Below the pieces are notes generated by a model. It did not search any database, was not told the origin of the DNA, and worked only from the letters and a program-made list of their open reading frames with translations. Shown here piece after piece: positions 61,501-64,000 of a stretch of DNA of 64,000 bases. Origin of the DNA: Pseudogymnoascus verrucosus. Taxonomy: Eukaryota. A program made the position numbers and the translations under genes. Location: NCBI GenBank assembly GCA_001662655.1, contig KV460221.1; one strand, given 5' to 3'. Position 1 is the first letter of the stretch. Each line of letters opens with the position of its first letter.

Positions 61501-62048
61501 ACGCCTCGATCGCATCTCTCCGCTCGCGATGGGAGCCCGAGCTAGACAAACTCATCGCCTCCATCAGCGCCGCCTTCGCGCACAATTTCGAGCAGATCGG
61601 CTGTGCCGGCGAAGTCGGCGTTCACAAGGACGAGGACTTCGACCTCTGGGCTATCGAGATCCGCGTCAAGTTCCGCGAGAACGAGACACTGCAGCAGCTG
61701 GACCAGCACCGTCAGAGCGGCGGGGAGCGCAGCGTCAGCACGATTTTCTACCTGATGGCGCTGCAGAGTCTGGCGAGGAGTCCGTTTAGGGTTGTGGATG
61801 AGATTAATCAGGGGATGGATCCGAGGAATGAGAGGATGGTGCATGAGCGGATGGTGGATATTGCGTGTAGGGAGCATACGAGCCAGTACTTCTTGATCAC
61901 GCCGAAGCTGTTGACGGGGCTGAGGTATGATAGGAGGATGAAGGTGTTGTGTATTGCGAGTGGGGAGCATATGCCGAGGGATCACAGGACGCTGGATATT
62001 AGGTCGGTGATTGCGAGTCGGAGGGCGATTATGATGCCGGTGAGGTGA
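58512..62048 (+). CDS. SMC5: Structural maintenance of chromosomes protein 5, ~1126 aa; join(58512..59813,59866..60765,60817..60889,60943..62048)
   Basis: NFVTY, Walker A GPNGTGKS, NLCQFLPQDRV, signature QSGGERS, Walker B VVDEINQGMDPRNER, QYFLITPKLL. Confidence 0.97.
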
Positions 62049-62555
62049 GGGGTAGGGTATGATGGGGACGAACGGACTGTGGTTGGGGTTGAGATGGTGG
62101 GCATGAGTTTGGCGCTTGGAGTTTGATGTATAGCGATATGATAGATACCAGGGTGGTCTGTTTTGCAGCGAGCGTCCGGGACATGGAATGTTTTGCTTGC
62201 TGGGTCGTCGATTTCAGGGGTTTTTATCACGAGGCTCTAAGATAATATAACGAGAATACGGTTTGTAAACATAGAAGAACAGCTCTGAAGGATCAAATGA
62301 TTTCAATCCCTCCCTCCTTTCGCAGTCAAACCCCCAATGATCGTGTATTACCCCCCTTCCTCAGCCTCCCTTCCTCAGCCTCCCTTCCTCAACCTCCCCC
62401 TTCCCCATGCCACCCGCCCACCCAACTAGCGAAACGCCCACCCTCCTTTCCCAACCATAACAATCCCCAACCCAAACCCGCAACCTCTGGCCCCCAACCC
62501 ATCTAGCGAACCACCCACCCCCTTATAAACCCCCTTTAACCCCCCTCCTCCCAGC

Positions 62556-62645
62556 GGCACAGTGGCGCAGTGGTAGTACCACTGTCTGGACAATCTGGCC
62601 AGCGGAGGATAAATAAAGGGGATATGGGTTCGGTTCCCGGCGAGG
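62556..62645 (+). pseudogene. tRNA-like relic / Pol III A- and B-box element
   Basis: A-box TGGCGCAGTGG (62563-62573) and T-arm-like GGGTTCGGTTCCC (62626-62638), TATAAA ~30 nt upstream; acceptor stem does not pair and the B-box has an A>G change. Confidence 0.3.
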
Positions 62646-63368
62646 GAGGGAAATGGATGGATAGAAAGAGATTTGGAAACGAGCGATTAACGACAATAAC
62701 AAACTACAAAAAGTAAAATCATAAAAAGATGATTTTCTCCCTCATCAGATATCAAAATCGAAAGGATATCTGATGAGTATTTTGCATTTTTGACCTTCTG
62801 ACTTACCTTTTTTGTTTATAAGTCTTGCACGCACCTTTTTGTTGAGCCCCCTCTGAATCAATCAATCAATCAATCTTTTTGCCTTAGTTTGTTACTTCGC
62901 TGTGATGGAGGTGAAATTGTGAATAGGGAGAAGTGACAACCTTTGCAGTATCAACACAACAGCTTGGACACGACAGCCAGCAAGGAACACAATACCTCTT
63001 CGAACACAACAGCACGAACAAACACAACGCCTAGAACGTAACAGCAAGAATAAACACAACGCCTCGGCGAGCACAAACGCCTCAAACCAAACACAACAGT
63101 CCGCCTGACTGCAACATCTCAAACAAAAACACCACCTTAAAATCAACAACACAACAAATCAAAATCCAAAAGATCACCAACAACAACACACAATTACAAA
63201 CACGCGGAAAGATCTTGTTACTATGATTTAAAGGTATCTTTTTACTCCTCCCAACAACCCACCCACCACGCACGCACGCCGTACACCTAAGCTCACCTAT
63301 ATATCTCATTCCAATCCCCCTCCGGCAGCAAGCGCCATACCCACCACAACCGCAAGCAATCAAGCCTC

Positions 63369-64000
63369 CTACGCCGTCTCGCCCTCTTCCGGTCTGCGTG
63401 CCGTGAGGACATAGCTATTTTCGTCAGCCGTGCTCTTTTTCCACAACACAATTTCGTCCCATTTCCTGCACACACAACAAGCCGAAACCTCGGAACGAAC
63501 AGGGGATTCGAGGTGGGGAAGAGAGAGAAGAAGAAGATAAGAAGAAAAAAGAAAAACTCACTAAGGCCACCAACCATGGATCCCCCTATCCTTAACCTCC
63601 TTCCTCACATTCACCAAGAACACCAGCACTTCCTCCTCCGTCCACCCAAGCGCCTTCACAAAAACCCTCATAGTCATAACCTCCATCCCGCTCAACAGAT
63701 TCTCCATCTCCCACGCCCCGAGGACCTTCATCCGTGTATCCTTCGGCCACGTATTAATGGGCAGTTTAAAGATCTTGAGGTTTATATCGACGAAACCGCG
63801 CTCTTCGAACCAGCCCTTCCAGCGGATGGGGTCATCAATGGGGGTGCCGAACATGCGGGAGGAGGTGATCAGGTTGGAGGCGAATTGCTCGAGGGCGCCG
63901 CCGGGGGGGACGGTGTTGTCGTCGCTGCCAAGGAGGGCGGTTACGGCTTGGAATTCTACCCAGCCGCCGGGTTTGACGTGGCTTGGGGGGTGTTAGTTTT
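63369..64000 (-). CDS. SAM-dependent methyltransferase (fungal LaeA-like/TAM family), 3' part only; exons 63562..63981 and 63369..63414
   Basis: HVKPGGWVEFQ...GFVDI...KLPINTWPKD...LGWTEEEVLVFLVNVRKE...WPY-YVLTARRPE; 5' exons lie beyond the window. Confidence 0.85.

Overview
Eukaryotic, intron-containing DNA from a filamentous ascomycete (GT-AG introns with CTAAC/CTGAC branch points; Leotiomycete-like style is my impression only). No CRISPR, rRNA or intact transposon is visible. Conserved genes, reconstructed by hand across introns: DUF262 (GmrSD/ParB-like) protein, DASH subunit Hsk3, a cytochrome P450, a Ctr copper transporter, peroxisomal malate synthase, RPS30, RNase P subunit Rpr2, SUB2/UAP56 helicase, a 2EXR protein, a Svl3/Pam1-like ketopantoate-reductase-fold protein, a C2H2 transcription factor with ~9 kb of gene-free upstream DNA, a Gin4/Hsl1-type kinase, SMC5 and the 3' end of a SAM methyltransferase. 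An accessory-looking block (~30-40.7 kb) holds decaying genes and the most unusual item: a 4-exon gene (not visible in the ORF track) joining a Zn(II)2Cys6 cluster to the post-NACHT helical region and WD40 propeller of an HNWD/HET-E-type immune receptor, with no NACHT domain, next to an array of repeated GCGCAC/GTCGCA motifs. Also notable: a long, nested-stem SUB2 intron, three unrelated perfect long inverted repeats, and recurrent C-rich to G-rich skew flips.
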